A stretch of 64,000 bases of DNA from Nitrospirota bacterium (lineage in GTDB: Bacteria > Nitrospirota > Thermodesulfovibrionia > Thermodesulfovibrionales > Dissulfurispiraceae). This document shows, in pieces, positions 9,990 to 20,267 of this stretch. The first letter of the stretch is position 1, and each line of letters begins with the position of its first letter. The translations under genes were made by a program, and so were the position numbers. Under the pieces are notes generated by a model. That model ran no database searches. It saw only the letters and a list, made by a program, of their open reading frames with translations, and had not been told where the DNA came from. The stretch spans positions 832,001 to 896,000 of the forward strand of contig CAWBMP010000004.1 in NCBI GenBank assembly GCA_963790025.1, written 5' to 3'.

Positions 9990-10733
9990 TTGATAAAACG
10001 CTTTACGTGGGAAATCGTGATAGGCCTTTCACTGGTAGCGCTATCGGCGGTCCTCTTCCTCGCGCAGATCGGAATTTTCCATAGTTCAAGAGACACCTTC
10101 TTCTATCTCTTGCAGGACCTCGCCTTTCTTCCGATTCAGGTACTGTTGGTCACGACAATTCTCGATCAACTGCTGACCCTGAGGGAAAGGCAGAACATGC
10201 TGAAAAAACTCAACATGGTAATAGGCGTCTTTTTCAACGAGGCGGGTACGGACCTCTTGAGAATTTTATCAGAATTCGGGTCTCTTCCTGATCATCTCAG
10301 CAAGGAGCTTCTCATATCGGATAAATGGGGAAACGGAAGGTTTACCGCATCAATAAATATTTTCAAAACCCATAAGCATCAAATCAATGTGGGAGACGAA
10401 AGGATAGAAAGGCTGCGGCATTTCCTCCTCGACAAAAGGGACTTTCTGCTGGTGCTGCTCGAGAACCCTACCCTTCTTGAGCATGACACTTTCACGGACC
10501 TTTTGCTGGCTGTATTACATATCGCCGACGAACTTGTCCACAGGCAAGATATGTTGGACCTTCCCGAGAGCGACTACAGGCATCTGGCAGGAGACATCCA
10601 AAGGGCTTACCAGTTGCTCATCATCGAATGGCTTTCCTACATGAAGCATTTGAAGGAGGACTATCCTTATCTATTCTCTCTCGCTATCAGGACAAACCCA
10701 TTTGATGCCAAGGCCTCACCGATTGTCAGATGA
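9990..10733 (+). CDS. Hypothetical membrane protein (2 N-terminal TM helices)
   Basis: 247-aa ORF, hydrophobic N-terminus, helical soluble domain. Confidence 0.75.
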   Translation: MIKRFTWEIVIGLSLVALSAVLFLAQIGIFHSSRDTFFYLLQDLAFLPIQVLLVTTILDQLLTLRERQNMLKKLNMVIGVFFNEAGTDLLRILSEFGSLPDHLSKELLISDKWGNGRFTASINIFKTHKHQINVGDERIERLRHFLLDKRDFLLVLLENPTLLEHDTFTDLLLAVLHIADELVHRQDMLDLPESDYRHLAGDIQRAYQLLIIEWLSYMKHLKEDYPYLFSLAIRTNPFDAKASPIVR

Positions 10734-10774
10734 TGTTAAGGATTCAGCATCGCCACTGTTTTTTTATATGCCCC

Positions 10775-11275
10775 TTAATAATGGATGGATGCTACAACAA
10801 ATGTAGCGGAGCCGTTTGGTCTGTTCACGGTGACATCGTCACCCTCTGACTTGCGCAACAGTGCTTTTGCCATAGGCGAATCAATACTGATAAATCCCCT
10901 GTCGGGATCAAATTCATCGGGGCCTACAATACGATACCTGTAAACGTTTCCATCGGCATCCTCAATTTCAACCCATGCGCCAAAAAATACCCTGGAAGTG
11001 TCATCGGGTATCCTATCCACCACAATCAACTCCCCCAGTCGTTTTGAAAGAAAACGTATGCGGGAATCAATCTGCCTCAACTCTTTCTTGCCGTAAATAT
11101 AATCCGCGTTCTCAGACCTGTCCCCCATGGCAGCGGCTTCAGCTACAGCCCGGGTGACCTGGGGACGTTTAATCTTCCAAAGATACGACAGTTCCTCACT
11201 CAAACGCATCTGTCCTTCAGGGGTAATATAGGACGAGACACTCGTTTTTCTATGCAAAGACCGCCGGGCTCTCAA
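10775..11275 (-). CDS. greB: Transcription elongation factor GreB
   Basis: YITPEG, GDRSENADYIYGKK, ISIDSPMAKALL. Confidence 0.93.
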   Translation of the reverse strand: MRARRSLHRKTSVSSYITPEGQMRLSEELSYLWKIKRPQVTRAVAEAAAMGDRSENADYIYGKKELRQIDSRIRFLSKRLGELIVVDRIPDDTSRVFFGAWVEIEDADGNVYRYRIVGPDEFDPDRGFISIDSPMAKALLRKSEGDDVTVNRPNGSATFVVASIHY

Positions 11276-11310
11276 TGGACAATAAAAGCAGGAACAGCAC
11301 TGTTATAAGT

Positions 11311-11670
11311 TTATACGTATTGTATGGCAACTTCGTAAACCATAGCCGAGTGGTCCGCAGACAGGCCGCCTTCACAACGGAGCTCTCCTTTTGATCCCTC
11401 TTTGCGGTTTCCAACCATCGAGGTTATTATCCGGGTGAAATCGAAGCCACCTTCAACACACTCCTTGCTCAAACAGTCTACCGTGAAAAAAGCATAACTG
11501 CTGGGAAAGAAATTAACAGTCCGAGGCATCGATTGCCTTATCCCCCGTTGGCTGTACATAATGCTGATGACGATACCCGAGACTTCAGGGAAGAGAGCGG
11601 CCACTAAGCCTGAATCTATTTTGCGTTGCCTTCTTTCTGTCCTCGCTACCCGCTTCTCAGTGTTAGTCAT
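11311..11670 (-). CDS. Hypothetical protein with spaced Cys/His (possible metal binding)
   Basis: 119-aa ORF with SD; CLSKEC...RCEG...H. Confidence 0.75.
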   Translation of the reverse strand: MTNTEKRVARTERRQRKIDSGLVAALFPEVSGIVISIMYSQRGIRQSMPRTVNFFPSSYAFFTVDCLSKECVEGGFDFTRIITSMVGNRKEGSKGELRCEGGLSADHSAMVYEVAIQYV

Positions 11671-11718
11671 TTCTTGTTCCCCCTTTTACCAAAAAATAAA
11701 ACCATGAAGGACCTCAAT

Positions 11719-11750
11719 AAAAAAGCCGCAAAGATCAGCGTCTTTGTGGC
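11719..11750 (-). terminator. Intrinsic terminator within a 5' leader
   Basis: Minus strand GCCACAAAGA-cgctga-TCTTTGCGGC-TTTTTT. Confidence 0.7.
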
Positions 11751-11787
11751 CTCTCACCAATGCTAATGTCCTTAAAGCTCTAAGTGT

Positions 11788-11816
11788 AGATTAACACATC
11801 CTCCGAAGTTCGTCAA
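11788..11816 (-). promoter_or_regulatory. Sigma70-type promoter
   Basis: TTGACG-N17-TAATCT with TG at the extended -10 position. Confidence 0.55.
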
Positions 11817-11872
11817 TCAGAAGTCCGGGAACGCTTAAGCGCCTGCTCCTTAGTACATGGTCCGTCGACTGT

Positions 11873-12175
11873 TTAATTGTTTGATAATGCGATGGGATAG
11901 CCGAGTATTCTATCCACAGGCGCCGAAATCTTCCTGGCTGAGACACCCTCTTCGTTAAGAAAAGACACAAATTCAATGAATGTACTGAACTTGTGTATAT
12001 TGTATATTTTCCATAAGTCCCTTACAGTTTCAGGTTTGCCATCGAATAGCAAACTGTTTTCTCCCGTATTAATATAAAAAGGCATATCTTTCCCGGCCCT
12101 TAATCTCCAATGCTTAAACTCCCAGAGTCTGACACCATAATCAACTACACCGTTATCGATTTTCATTTTTTCCAC
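11873..12175 (-). CDS. Hypothetical protein
   Basis: 100-aa ORF in an intergenic gap, plausible composition. Confidence 0.6.
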   Translation of the reverse strand: MEKMKIDNGVVDYGVRLWEFKHWRLRAGKDMPFYINTGENSLLFDGKPETVRDLWKIYNIHKFSTFIEFVSFLNEEGVSARKISAPVDRILGYPIALSNN

Positions 12176-12272
12176 CTATATTATTATCGGTTAAACCACG
12201 AAAATACTTAACTCGGGTTTGATTAAAATCACCCCCGCTGCAGCCGCTTCAAGGAGGAAGAAATAAATAGTA

Positions 12273-12596
12273 CTATTGAAGCTCAGTGTGGCTTACTAAT
12301 AATTTCCGTTTTTTCGTGTCTTCCTTTTCTTTGATTACTTTTGTATTTTCGGGACCAGTGCTTTCAGAAAAAGCGATGGGTGAAAATTTGATGCCATTCA
12401 TATAAAAATATTGTTGGCCATCTTTACCGGATTCCTTCATGGCTGATTTAATGTCCAGGAAAGCCATTTTATAGCCTGTTTCAAAAACACCGCTGAAATT
12501 TACCGCTACAACCCACCCTGCTATAAATGCGGGTACCCCTATTGCCAAAAAAACGAACATTACCGCTTTGTATAATTCGAACTTGACTGTTTTCAT
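12273..12596 (-). CDS. Hypothetical protein with one N-terminal TM helix
   Basis: 107-aa ORF with GAGGAGG SD. Confidence 0.7.
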   Translation of the reverse strand: MKTVKFELYKAVMFVFLAIGVPAFIAGWVVAVNFSGVFETGYKMAFLDIKSAMKESGKDGQQYFYMNGIKFSPIAFSESTGPENTKVIKEKEDTKKRKLLVSHTELQ

Positions 12597-12838
12597 TGAT
12601 GACCTCCTCTAATCCTTGTGCTTATTGTCAAAATCTAAAAGGCTAAGCCACCCTCTAGAACACCGCGTAACTCTTTGATAGTAAGAAGTTATTGAAAAAT
12701 CTATAGCAAAAAAGAAAATAATTCTCTCAGTCTTCTTTTGAGAGATTTTCTTTGGAAGTACTCAGGGCTCTTTTACTAAAGAATAGCACTTTATTTTAAA
12801 AAAGCAATATGGGAGTTTTATACTAACATAGGTGTGAC

Positions 12839-14155
12839 TTAATTGTCCAGCAGTATTACCTGTATATCCATGACATTTGTCCCGGTCGGCCCGGTAATAA
12901 CAAGATCATCAATTATCTTGAAAAAAGTATACGAATCGTTATTCTTTAGATACTCCCTTGGGTCAATACCGGCTGATAAGGCTTTTGCCACAGTTTGACC
13001 GTCTGCAACTGCTCCTGCTGCATCCGTCGGTCCATCGGTACCGTCTGTGCCTGCTGAAAGAAAAGTAATACCTGACAGCCCTTCTATTTCCATCCCGAAA
13101 ACAAGGCAGAGTTCCGTATTCCTTCCTCCCTTGCCGTTTCCTTTAACAGTAACGGTTGTTTCTCCTCCTGCGACAAGACATACTTTGTCTCCCGGATTTA
13201 ATGTCTTTTTTAAAGCGATCGCTTTTTTTGCAAGATCCATGGCAACAAGTGACGCTTCCCCGCTCAGTTCGGTGGAAAGAACAGTTGTCTTGTATCCCGC
13301 CGACTCTGCAGCTTCCTTCGCTGCGTACGCGGCTATCTTGTTGCTTCCGATGATGATATTATTTACCCGTTGAAAAAGGGGATTATCGTCTTTTGGAGTC
13401 TCAGGGATGACCCCCTGTAACCCTTTGTTGATTATTTCGGCAACACTTGAGGGTATCCTGGACTCCAACTTATATTTTTGCATGACATTCAGGGTATCAC
13501 GATACGTTGTTTTGTCCGGAGATGTTGGCCCAGACGCAATGACATCGAGCCTGTCACCAATGACATCGGAGAGAATCAGAGATATAATTATTGCAGGATA
13601 GGCTGCTTCAGCAAGCCTGCCTCCTTTTACTGCTGAAAGGTGCTTTCTTACGGCATTAAGCTCAAAAACATCAGCCCCTGCCTTGAGCAGCAGGTCCGTG
13701 ACTTTTTGTTTGTCTGCCAGCGTTATGCCTCTGCAAGGTGATACGAGAAGAGCAGATCCTCCTCCCGATATGAGGCAAATGATCAGTGTATCTTTGTTCG
13801 CATCTTTGAGCAGCCGCATGACTTCCTGAGCGGCTTTTAATCCGTTCTCATCGGGTATCGGATGCCCCGATTCATAGGTCACTATCTTGCCGCTTTCATC
13901 GTTCCACACCGAATGACCGTACTTTGTTACTATTATTCCGCAGTCGATTAAGTCTCCGGCAGCATCTTTGATCGCCCTTGACATGGTTGAAGCCGCCTTG
14001 CCGAAACCTATAAGAATAAGTCTTTTGAACTTGCCGTTCCTGTATGTTGAGAGAACTGTCTCTGAGTGCAGGGCCACTGCTTTATATGGGTCCACTGCCG
14101 ACAGTGATTTGTTGAAAATCTCTCTAATTGCACTTTTGGGAGCATCATTTATCAT
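12839..14155 (-). CDS. Glycerate kinase, MOFRL/GckA-TtuD family
   Basis: GFGKA, HPIPD, LISGGGSAL, KHLSAVKGGRLA, GGET, GGRN, GTDGTDG, TGTNVMD. Confidence 0.92.
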   Translation of the reverse strand: MINDAPKSAIREIFNKSLSAVDPYKAVALHSETVLSTYRNGKFKRLILIGFGKAASTMSRAIKDAAGDLIDCGIIVTKYGHSVWNDESGKIVTYESGHPIPDENGLKAAQEVMRLLKDANKDTLIICLISGGGSALLVSPCRGITLADKQKVTDLLLKAGADVFELNAVRKHLSAVKGGRLAEAAYPAIIISLILSDVIGDRLDVIASGPTSPDKTTYRDTLNVMQKYKLESRIPSSVAEIINKGLQGVIPETPKDDNPLFQRVNNIIIGSNKIAAYAAKEAAESAGYKTTVLSTELSGEASLVAMDLAKKAIALKKTLNPGDKVCLVAGGETTVTVKGNGKGGRNTELCLVFGMEIEGLSGITFLSAGTDGTDGPTDAAGAVADGQTVAKALSAGIDPREYLKNNDSYTFFKIIDDLVITGPTGTNVMDIQVILLDN

Positions 14156-14176
14156 CCAAATATCCTCTCGGCATGC

Positions 14177-15457
14177 TTACGGAACAAACAGCGGTATCAC
14201 GTAAGGTCCTTCGGGAATCACGGCCACGCGAAGGTCACCCTGGGACTTCACGCTTGCAGTGACAGCGGCTGATGGCGATGCGATCATGGCGACACCGGTA
14301 AGTGCCTGCTGATCTTTCGTCAGTCCTTCGGTGTACAGATAAATATTAGCCCTTTTCATCGCCTTGACCTGCATCTCAGTCTGCCATTCATCGATCGCGG
14401 CGTAACGTTTCTCGATAATTCCCTGGAGAAACCTTTCGGGTCCATGGTCAACCAGGCACGTCTGGGCTTCAGCATAGTCGGGTGACCCCATTCCCTCGGA
14501 ACATGCCGAGACAATTATGAGATCCCCGCCAGGCTCCAATATCTCCAGCGCGCCTACCATGCCCTTAACAGTCTGGTAGTAAGTCTTATCCAGCGGATAG
14601 CCCGCAGAACTGGTGACAACAGTTTTGAACCTGCGGTTGAGTGGAATCTCTGCATAGGGCCGCACGAATGAAACGGCTTCAAGATGGCTCTCCCCGATCT
14701 CTCCGAAATTGACGAAGGATATCCGGCGTTCCTCATCGATGACCGTATTTACAGCCAGGCACTTCCCCACCATTCGAACTATCTCCATCTGGGCAGCATG
14801 CAGCGGATTGCCCTCGAGCACGCAGTTGGCAGCCTTGCAATGCTCAAGGACCCGCGCACAATGGAACGCCCGGATCGTGTTCTCATGGGCAATGCCGGGG
14901 GCCGCGATTTTTCTTCCACCGGAATAGCCAGCCATGAAATGCGGCTCCACCAGCCCTACAACTATGCGAAGATCAGCCTGGAGAAACCGTTTGTCGAGCC
15001 TTGCCTCTATTCCGTCCGACGTAGTCCCGATGTACTCGTGATCATCATCCCTGCGTGCGAAGTGGTTGACGACGGACACTGTTTCAAAGACCCAGTCGCT
15101 TCCCACCAGTTCATGAAGTTCATCTCCTTCATTAGGCCGATGAAGACCGGTAGCAACCAGAACAGTGATAGAATCGGGATTCATTCCGGCCTCGATCAGT
15201 TCCTTGATCAAGGGGGGAAGAAGAAGGCCGTTGGGTACCGGCCGGGTTATATCACAAATGAGAATGCAGGCACTGCTGCAGCCTTTCGCCTCTTCACGGA
15301 GAGCTTTGGAGTTCACAGGGTCCGCAAAGGCAGCTTTGATGGCCTTCTCAGGGTCTTTCAAAACAGGCATGGCTTTCTTCTGAATAAGTGTTACGTCGAT
15401 ATTGCCTGGAAGGTCAAGAGATAATCCCTCTTTCCCGTATCTCATGGTTATATTCAT
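14177..15457 (-). CDS. Nickel-pincer-dependent lactate racemase (LarA) family protein
   Basis: DITRP, ATGLHR, EPHFMAGYSGGRK, YYQTVKG motifs. Confidence 0.9.
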   Translation of the reverse strand: MNITMRYGKEGLSLDLPGNIDVTLIQKKAMPVLKDPEKAIKAAFADPVNSKALREEAKGCSSACILICDITRPVPNGLLLPPLIKELIEAGMNPDSITVLVATGLHRPNEGDELHELVGSDWVFETVSVVNHFARRDDDHEYIGTTSDGIEARLDKRFLQADLRIVVGLVEPHFMAGYSGGRKIAAPGIAHENTIRAFHCARVLEHCKAANCVLEGNPLHAAQMEIVRMVGKCLAVNTVIDEERRISFVNFGEIGESHLEAVSFVRPYAEIPLNRRFKTVVTSSAGYPLDKTYYQTVKGMVGALEILEPGGDLIIVSACSEGMGSPDYAEAQTCLVDHGPERFLQGIIEKRYAAIDEWQTEMQVKAMKRANIYLYTEGLTKDQQALTGVAMIASPSAAVTASVKSQGDLRVAVIPEGPYVIPLFVP

Positions 15458-15483
15458 GACTGGTCCTCCCCAAATAGATAGGT

Positions 15484-16188
15484 TCACATGCCAAGGTACG
15501 CTTCTCGGACATGATCACTCTTCAGCAGTTCCTGACCCTGGCCCTCCATGACAATGCGTCCTGTTTGAAGAACATAGGCGCGCCCGGAAATTTCAAGGGC
15601 TTCGTAGACATTCTGCTCTACAAGCAGAACAGTGACACCCCGTGCATTGATCTCCCTGACAATCTTAAAGATGTCCGAGACCAGTTTTGGGCCGAGTCCC
15701 AGGGATGGCTCATCCAGTATTAGCAGCGATGGGTTAGACATAAGACCCCTGGCTATAGCCAATTCCTGCTGTTCGCCGCCGCTGAATGTGTCGGAGCGCT
15801 GACCCTGCCGTTCCTTCAGTATGGGAAACAGATTGAAGACGGTCTGCAGATGCTTTTCGATGTCTGCACTGGATTTGACGGCGTAACCTCCAAGGAGCAG
15901 ATTGTCGAGTACGGACAAGCGACCAAAAAGCTTCCTCCCCTCGGGGATCATGGATATGCCCATCTTAACGATATCATAGGGAGGGGTCTGTTGAATTTGA
16001 GCGCCTTTGAAGATGATCTCTCCTTTCTCCGGGTGAATAAGGCCGGCGATGGTTTTGACCAGAGTGGATTTTCCCGCGCCGTTGGAACCGATAAGGCTGA
16101 CAATCTCTCCTTCGTTGATCTTGAAAGACACATCCTGAATGGCAAGGAGACCCTTATAACCAACGGAAATGTTATTTAGAGATAGCAC
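15484..16188 (-). CDS. Branched-chain-type ABC transporter ATPase (LivF-like)
   Basis: GSNGAGKST, FSGGEQQ, DEPSLGL, VEQN. Confidence 0.9.
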   Translation of the reverse strand: MLSLNNISVGYKGLLAIQDVSFKINEGEIVSLIGSNGAGKSTLVKTIAGLIHPEKGEIIFKGAQIQQTPPYDIVKMGISMIPEGRKLFGRLSVLDNLLLGGYAVKSSADIEKHLQTVFNLFPILKERQGQRSDTFSGGEQQELAIARGLMSNPSLLILDEPSLGLGPKLVSDIFKIVREINARGVTVLLVEQNVYEALEISGRAYVLQTGRIVMEGQGQELLKSDHVREAYLGM

Positions 16189-16936
16189 AGTATTTTTCCC
16201 CTAAATAGGCTTGAATAACTTCCCGGTCGGAGCACACTTCCTTCGGGGTGCCTTCCATTATTTTCTTGCCGCAATTCAGGACAATAACACGGTCGGAGAT
16301 CTGCATCACGGCTTCCATCACATGCTCGACTACGATCAGGGTCATTCCTTTGTCCCGGATTTTCCTTAAGAGATCTATGATCTCGCGCAATTCGACTTTC
16401 GTGAGTCCAGCCATGGATTCGTCCAGCATCAGCAACCGCGGCTGCGTGGCAAGTGCCATAGAGACCTCCAGCCGCTTCTTATCAGCAATTGTGAGCTGGG
16501 TCGCCAGAAAATCCTTCTTCCCGTAAAGACCCGTGAAGGTCAATATCTCGCCGGCCTTTTCCATGGCCTGCTGGACAAGGTGATAACGCAGGAGCGCACC
16601 TGTCATCACGTTTTCGAGGACCGTCATGTCGCTTATAGTCTCAACGATCTGGAAGGTGCGCGCTACGCCAAGTTTGCAGACCTTGTCGGCCCGCAGGCGT
16701 GTGATGTCCTTGCCATAGAAGAAAACCTTGCCGTTGTCCGGCTTATAAAAGCCGGTCACACAGTTGAACAGTGTGGATTTCCCCGCCCCGTTCGGACCTA
16801 TAACACTGACGATTTCCCCTTCCTCAACAGAGAAGTGGATATCGTTGTTTGCCGCAAGGCCGCCAAACCGCTTCGACAACCCCTCGACTTTCAAACAGAT
16901 CGTCTTGTTCATTTTGATTTCCCGCTCATCCTGCAA
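16172..16936 (-). CDS. Branched-chain-type ABC transporter ATPase (LivG-like)
   Basis: GPNGAGKST, VARTFQ, VEH, AYLG. Confidence 0.9.
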   Translation of the reverse strand: MQDEREIKMNKTICLKVEGLSKRFGGLAANNDIHFSVEEGEIVSVIGPNGAGKSTLFNCVTGFYKPDNGKVFFYGKDITRLRADKVCKLGVARTFQIVETISDMTVLENVMTGALLRYHLVQQAMEKAGEILTFTGLYGKKDFLATQLTIADKKRLEVSMALATQPRLLMLDESMAGLTKVELREIIDLLRKIRDKGMTLIVVEHVMEAVMQISDRVIVLNCGKKIMEGTPKEVCSDREVIQAYLGEKYCAISK

Positions 16937-17874
16937 ATAAGCTTCCAGACCCCTTCGGGATAGTACATGGAAATAAGCGTGATCAATAAACCGTATATCA
17001 GCATATCTATTCCTGTTCCCTTGTAACCGAGGGCGACACGCGTGTATTCCGAGGCGGGTATCAGTATGGCAGCGCCGATTACAGGTCCCATTATGCTTCC
17101 GGCCCCCCCCAGCATTGAGATGAGAACTATCTGGATCGATATGGCAAGAAGCATGACGCTCCCAGGGTCAATGTAAAGAATATACTGGGCGTAAAAAGTG
17201 CCAGCCATGGCGCTCAGAAAAGCGCTTATCATAATGGCGATCAAACGGTACCTGACAACATCTACCCCGAGGACTTGTGCGATTTTATGGCTCTCCTTGA
17301 TAGCGCGGAAATAGTAGCCCATTTTAGAGGTGGCAACAAAATAGCAGACGGCCAAAGAAATGAGAAGGAAGACAAGCATTATATAGTAGTAAGGCAATTT
17401 TGAAGAGTTGAACAGGAAATTGGAGAAGGACTCGTTCTGCATGGGCAGGGAGAGGCCTTCTGCCGCTCCCACCATCTGCCAGTTATTGAATACAATTCTG
17501 ACGATTTCAGCAAAGGCGATGCTGGCAATTGCAAAATAGTGGCCCCTCAGGTTCGAACAGGGATAACCGATAGATGCCGCTACCAGTGCCGCAGCGCAGC
17601 CCCCTGCGACAAGTCCTATCCACGGGTTAATCCCGAAAGTGATGGACAGATAGGAAGAAGTATAAGCGCCGATGCCGAAAAAGGCCGCCTGTCCGAAAGA
17701 AAACATGCCGGCATAGCCTCCCATGATGTTCCACGCGACTCCCAGCATGCCGAACATGAACACGAGGATCATTACGTGAATATGAAAGGACTGCTGAACA
17801 ACCAGGGGAAAGACAAGCAGCAGCATTAGAAAGACAACTCCCGGAATAATCTGTCGAATCGTTAAATTACGCAA
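16909..17874 (-). CDS. Branched-chain-type ABC permease (LivM-like)
   Basis: SFGQAAFFGIGAY, LRGHYFAI, LGGAGSIMGP. Confidence 0.9.
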   Translation of the reverse strand: MRNLTIRQIIPGVVFLMLLLVFPLVVQQSFHIHVMILVFMFGMLGVAWNIMGGYAGMFSFGQAAFFGIGAYTSSYLSITFGINPWIGLVAGGCAAALVAASIGYPCSNLRGHYFAIASIAFAEIVRIVFNNWQMVGAAEGLSLPMQNESFSNFLFNSSKLPYYYIMLVFLLISLAVCYFVATSKMGYYFRAIKESHKIAQVLGVDVVRYRLIAIMISAFLSAMAGTFYAQYILYIDPGSVMLLAISIQIVLISMLGGAGSIMGPVIGAAILIPASEYTRVALGYKGTGIDMLIYGLLITLISMYYPEGVWKLICRMSGKSK

Positions 17875-17877
17875 TGG

Positions 17878-18738
17878 CTACCATCCCAGGAGGCCCTGCG
17901 GTCTTATCCAGATTGTAATGAGATATATCATGAACACAACAGCATACTTGTAAGACGGGTCAAAAAAGAAACCGCCCAAGGTCTGTGCCAGCCCTACGAG
18001 GATTCCAGCGATAAAGGCCCCTTCGATACTGCCGAACCCGCCCAGGGCCACAACACAAAAAGCGATAGTGCCGAACAGGCCGCCCACTTGCGGATAGATG
18101 TAGTAATAAGTTGACAGGAAGGCCCCCGCCACTCCGACGAGGGCCGCACCGATTCCAAAAGAAAGGGAGTTGATGCGCTCGGTATTGATACCCATAAGAA
18201 GGGCCGCCTCGCGGTCCATTTCCGTTGCTAGAATCGCCTTGCCGGTTTTAGTCTTCTTCAGGAAAAAAAACATGGAGACAGACGCGATTACGCTCCCTAT
18301 CGAAGCTGCAACTTTTGGGATGCTCAGGTCGACGCCCCCGAATTGCCACGTGCCCTGGAGTATTGTGGCAGGCAGAAGCCTGAAATCCGGGGTCCAGAAA
18401 TAAACGGCCAGATTAGAGATAAATATGCTCACCCCAAAGGTAACTACCAGTTGCGCCAGCATGGGCCCCTTCATCACCTTGCTTACAATGAAGCGATAGA
18501 TCAGCGTACCCATGATAAACATGAGGAAGAAACATATGGGAATCGAAAAAATTGGGTCGATACCGAACAGGGTAAAGAGCCAGAACGAGGTAAACATCCC
18601 GAGCATCAGGAATTCGCCGTGGGCGAAATTAACGATGTTCATGACGCCCCATATGAGTGTCAACCCGATAGCGATCAGTGAATACATCAGGCCGATTAAT
18701 AAACCATCGGCAAGCTGCTGAAGCAATTGGTCAGGCAT
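17878..18738 (-). CDS. Branched-chain-type ABC permease (LivH-like)
   Basis: GLTLIWGVMNIVNFAHGEF, LGGFGSIEGA, RPQGLLG. Confidence 0.9.
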   Translation of the reverse strand: MPDQLLQQLADGLLIGLMYSLIAIGLTLIWGVMNIVNFAHGEFLMLGMFTSFWLFTLFGIDPIFSIPICFFLMFIMGTLIYRFIVSKVMKGPMLAQLVVTFGVSIFISNLAVYFWTPDFRLLPATILQGTWQFGGVDLSIPKVAASIGSVIASVSMFFFLKKTKTGKAILATEMDREAALLMGINTERINSLSFGIGAALVGVAGAFLSTYYYIYPQVGGLFGTIAFCVVALGGFGSIEGAFIAGILVGLAQTLGGFFFDPSYKYAVVFMIYLITIWIRPQGLLGW

Positions 18739-18753
18739 AAATTGGTCGGGTTC

Positions 18754-20034
18754 CTATTTTCTTCCTTTCCATGCCGGGAACGGCCAGACCACCGGTTTGG
18801 ATGCGGAGTCAAAAGGCCAGATAGTTACATATTCCTGATTGAGTATCTGTACCAGTGTCCCGCGTGCATAAATGTTCTGGTGTGATCTCGTGTCGAACTT
18901 GATACCCTGCCATGGGTAGATAGTCTGGTCGCCTGGTATGTTAGTCTCACCCAGAGCTTTTACAATTGCCTCAGGATCTGTGGACTTGGCCCGGTTGATG
19001 GCCTCGGCAAGCACAAATGGCGCCATAAAGCTCCGTGCAGCGTTTTCACTCATATCTATACCGTATTTCTTTTTGAAAAGTTCGTTGACCTTGCCCACGA
19101 GCGGTTTTTTCTTGGCAAGATCGAGAGCAAAGGTCGACCGGACAATTATGTAGTTCCCATCAGCCTTTATCGCCGCCAGGTAGCCGGGCTCGATATAACC
19201 TGCCATAGTTAAAATCCCTTTAGGTTGAAAACCCATTTCCTTGAACGTCTTGGTAAAGAGTATGGCATCAGTGATATACGAGGCATGCATCAATACGTCC
19301 GGTTTGCTCACAATGAGCTTGCCCACCTCGCTGGTCACATCTGTTGCATTGGCCGGGTATGCTATATCGGCGACCACTTTATACCCGAATTCAGAGGCAT
19401 ATTTCTTGTATGCCTTGCCGGCATTGGAGCCGAATTCCGTATTTTCGTAAAGCACAGCTATGTTATGAACTCTCTGCCCGGTCTTCTTTTCCAGGTCTTT
19501 CAGGAACTGGAACTGGTCCCGGGCAAAAATATCATCATGAGGGCTCACCCTGAAAAAGTATTTGAATCCCCTTTCAGTAAGTGTGGGAGAGGAAGAATCC
19601 GAGCAGACATAAGGAATTTTCAGCCTTTCGGTAATCTGGCTGGCGGTTTTCGTCACAGCACTCTGGTAGGCCCCCAGCATGGCAACTACCTTTTCCGAGG
19701 TGATCAGTCTTTCGGCCTCGGACATTCCGTTTTTCGGGTCCCCCTTGGTATCGGCATAAACGATCTCGATTTTTGCGCCGCCCAGGTTAGGCAGGCCCGC
19801 ACTCTTTGCCAGTGGGAGATCAAGGTCGTACTTACCGTTAATGATATCGACCGCCAGATCGACACCCCTTTTACAATCCAGACCGGTTGAAGCGATATTG
19901 CCGGTCAGGGGATAGACCCCACCGATCTTAATGACCTTCTGCTCTGACTGCACGGATAAGGAAAAACCCAGGATTAGCGACAACGATAATACGACGATTA
20001 AAACTCTCATGAAAGGTTTCGATGCCATCTCCAT
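18754..20034 (-). CDS. Branched-chain-type ABC substrate-binding protein (LivK-like)
   Basis: Signal peptide, IKIGGVYPLTG, GAYQSAVT, YFFRVSP; AGGAGG SD. Confidence 0.9.
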   Translation of the reverse strand: MEMASKPFMRVLIVVLSLSLILGFSLSVQSEQKVIKIGGVYPLTGNIASTGLDCKRGVDLAVDIINGKYDLDLPLAKSAGLPNLGGAKIEIVYADTKGDPKNGMSEAERLITSEKVVAMLGAYQSAVTKTASQITERLKIPYVCSDSSSPTLTERGFKYFFRVSPHDDIFARDQFQFLKDLEKKTGQRVHNIAVLYENTEFGSNAGKAYKKYASEFGYKVVADIAYPANATDVTSEVGKLIVSKPDVLMHASYITDAILFTKTFKEMGFQPKGILTMAGYIEPGYLAAIKADGNYIIVRSTFALDLAKKKPLVGKVNELFKKKYGIDMSENAARSFMAPFVLAEAINRAKSTDPEAIVKALGETNIPGDQTIYPWQGIKFDTRSHQNIYARGTLVQILNQEYVTIWPFDSASKPVVWPFPAWKGRK

Positions 20035-20179
20035 TTTCCTCCTGTTTGTCTTTTTTTCTGTTAATGGAATAGTTCGATTGTTTAGGGCAGAAACATTGAC
20101 TTTTCGCATGTGGTCGGAATTGTTCATCGCTTAAAAAATACCACATTAATGTGCGAAAATACAATCGCAATACGTGGAG

Positions 20180-20252
20180 GGTAGTGGGCCATGGCCCCGA
20201 TTGGAAACAAAAGACTATTTGAGCCAGAGAAAAAACAAACTGGCCCACTACC
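20180..20252. mobile_element. Shortened copy of the IS1-like MITE (73 bp)
   Basis: 12-bp TIR GGTAGTGGGCCA/TGGCCCACTACC; right ~45 bp similar to 368-415. Confidence 0.7.
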
Positions 20253-20267
20253 ATCGGGAGAACATAA

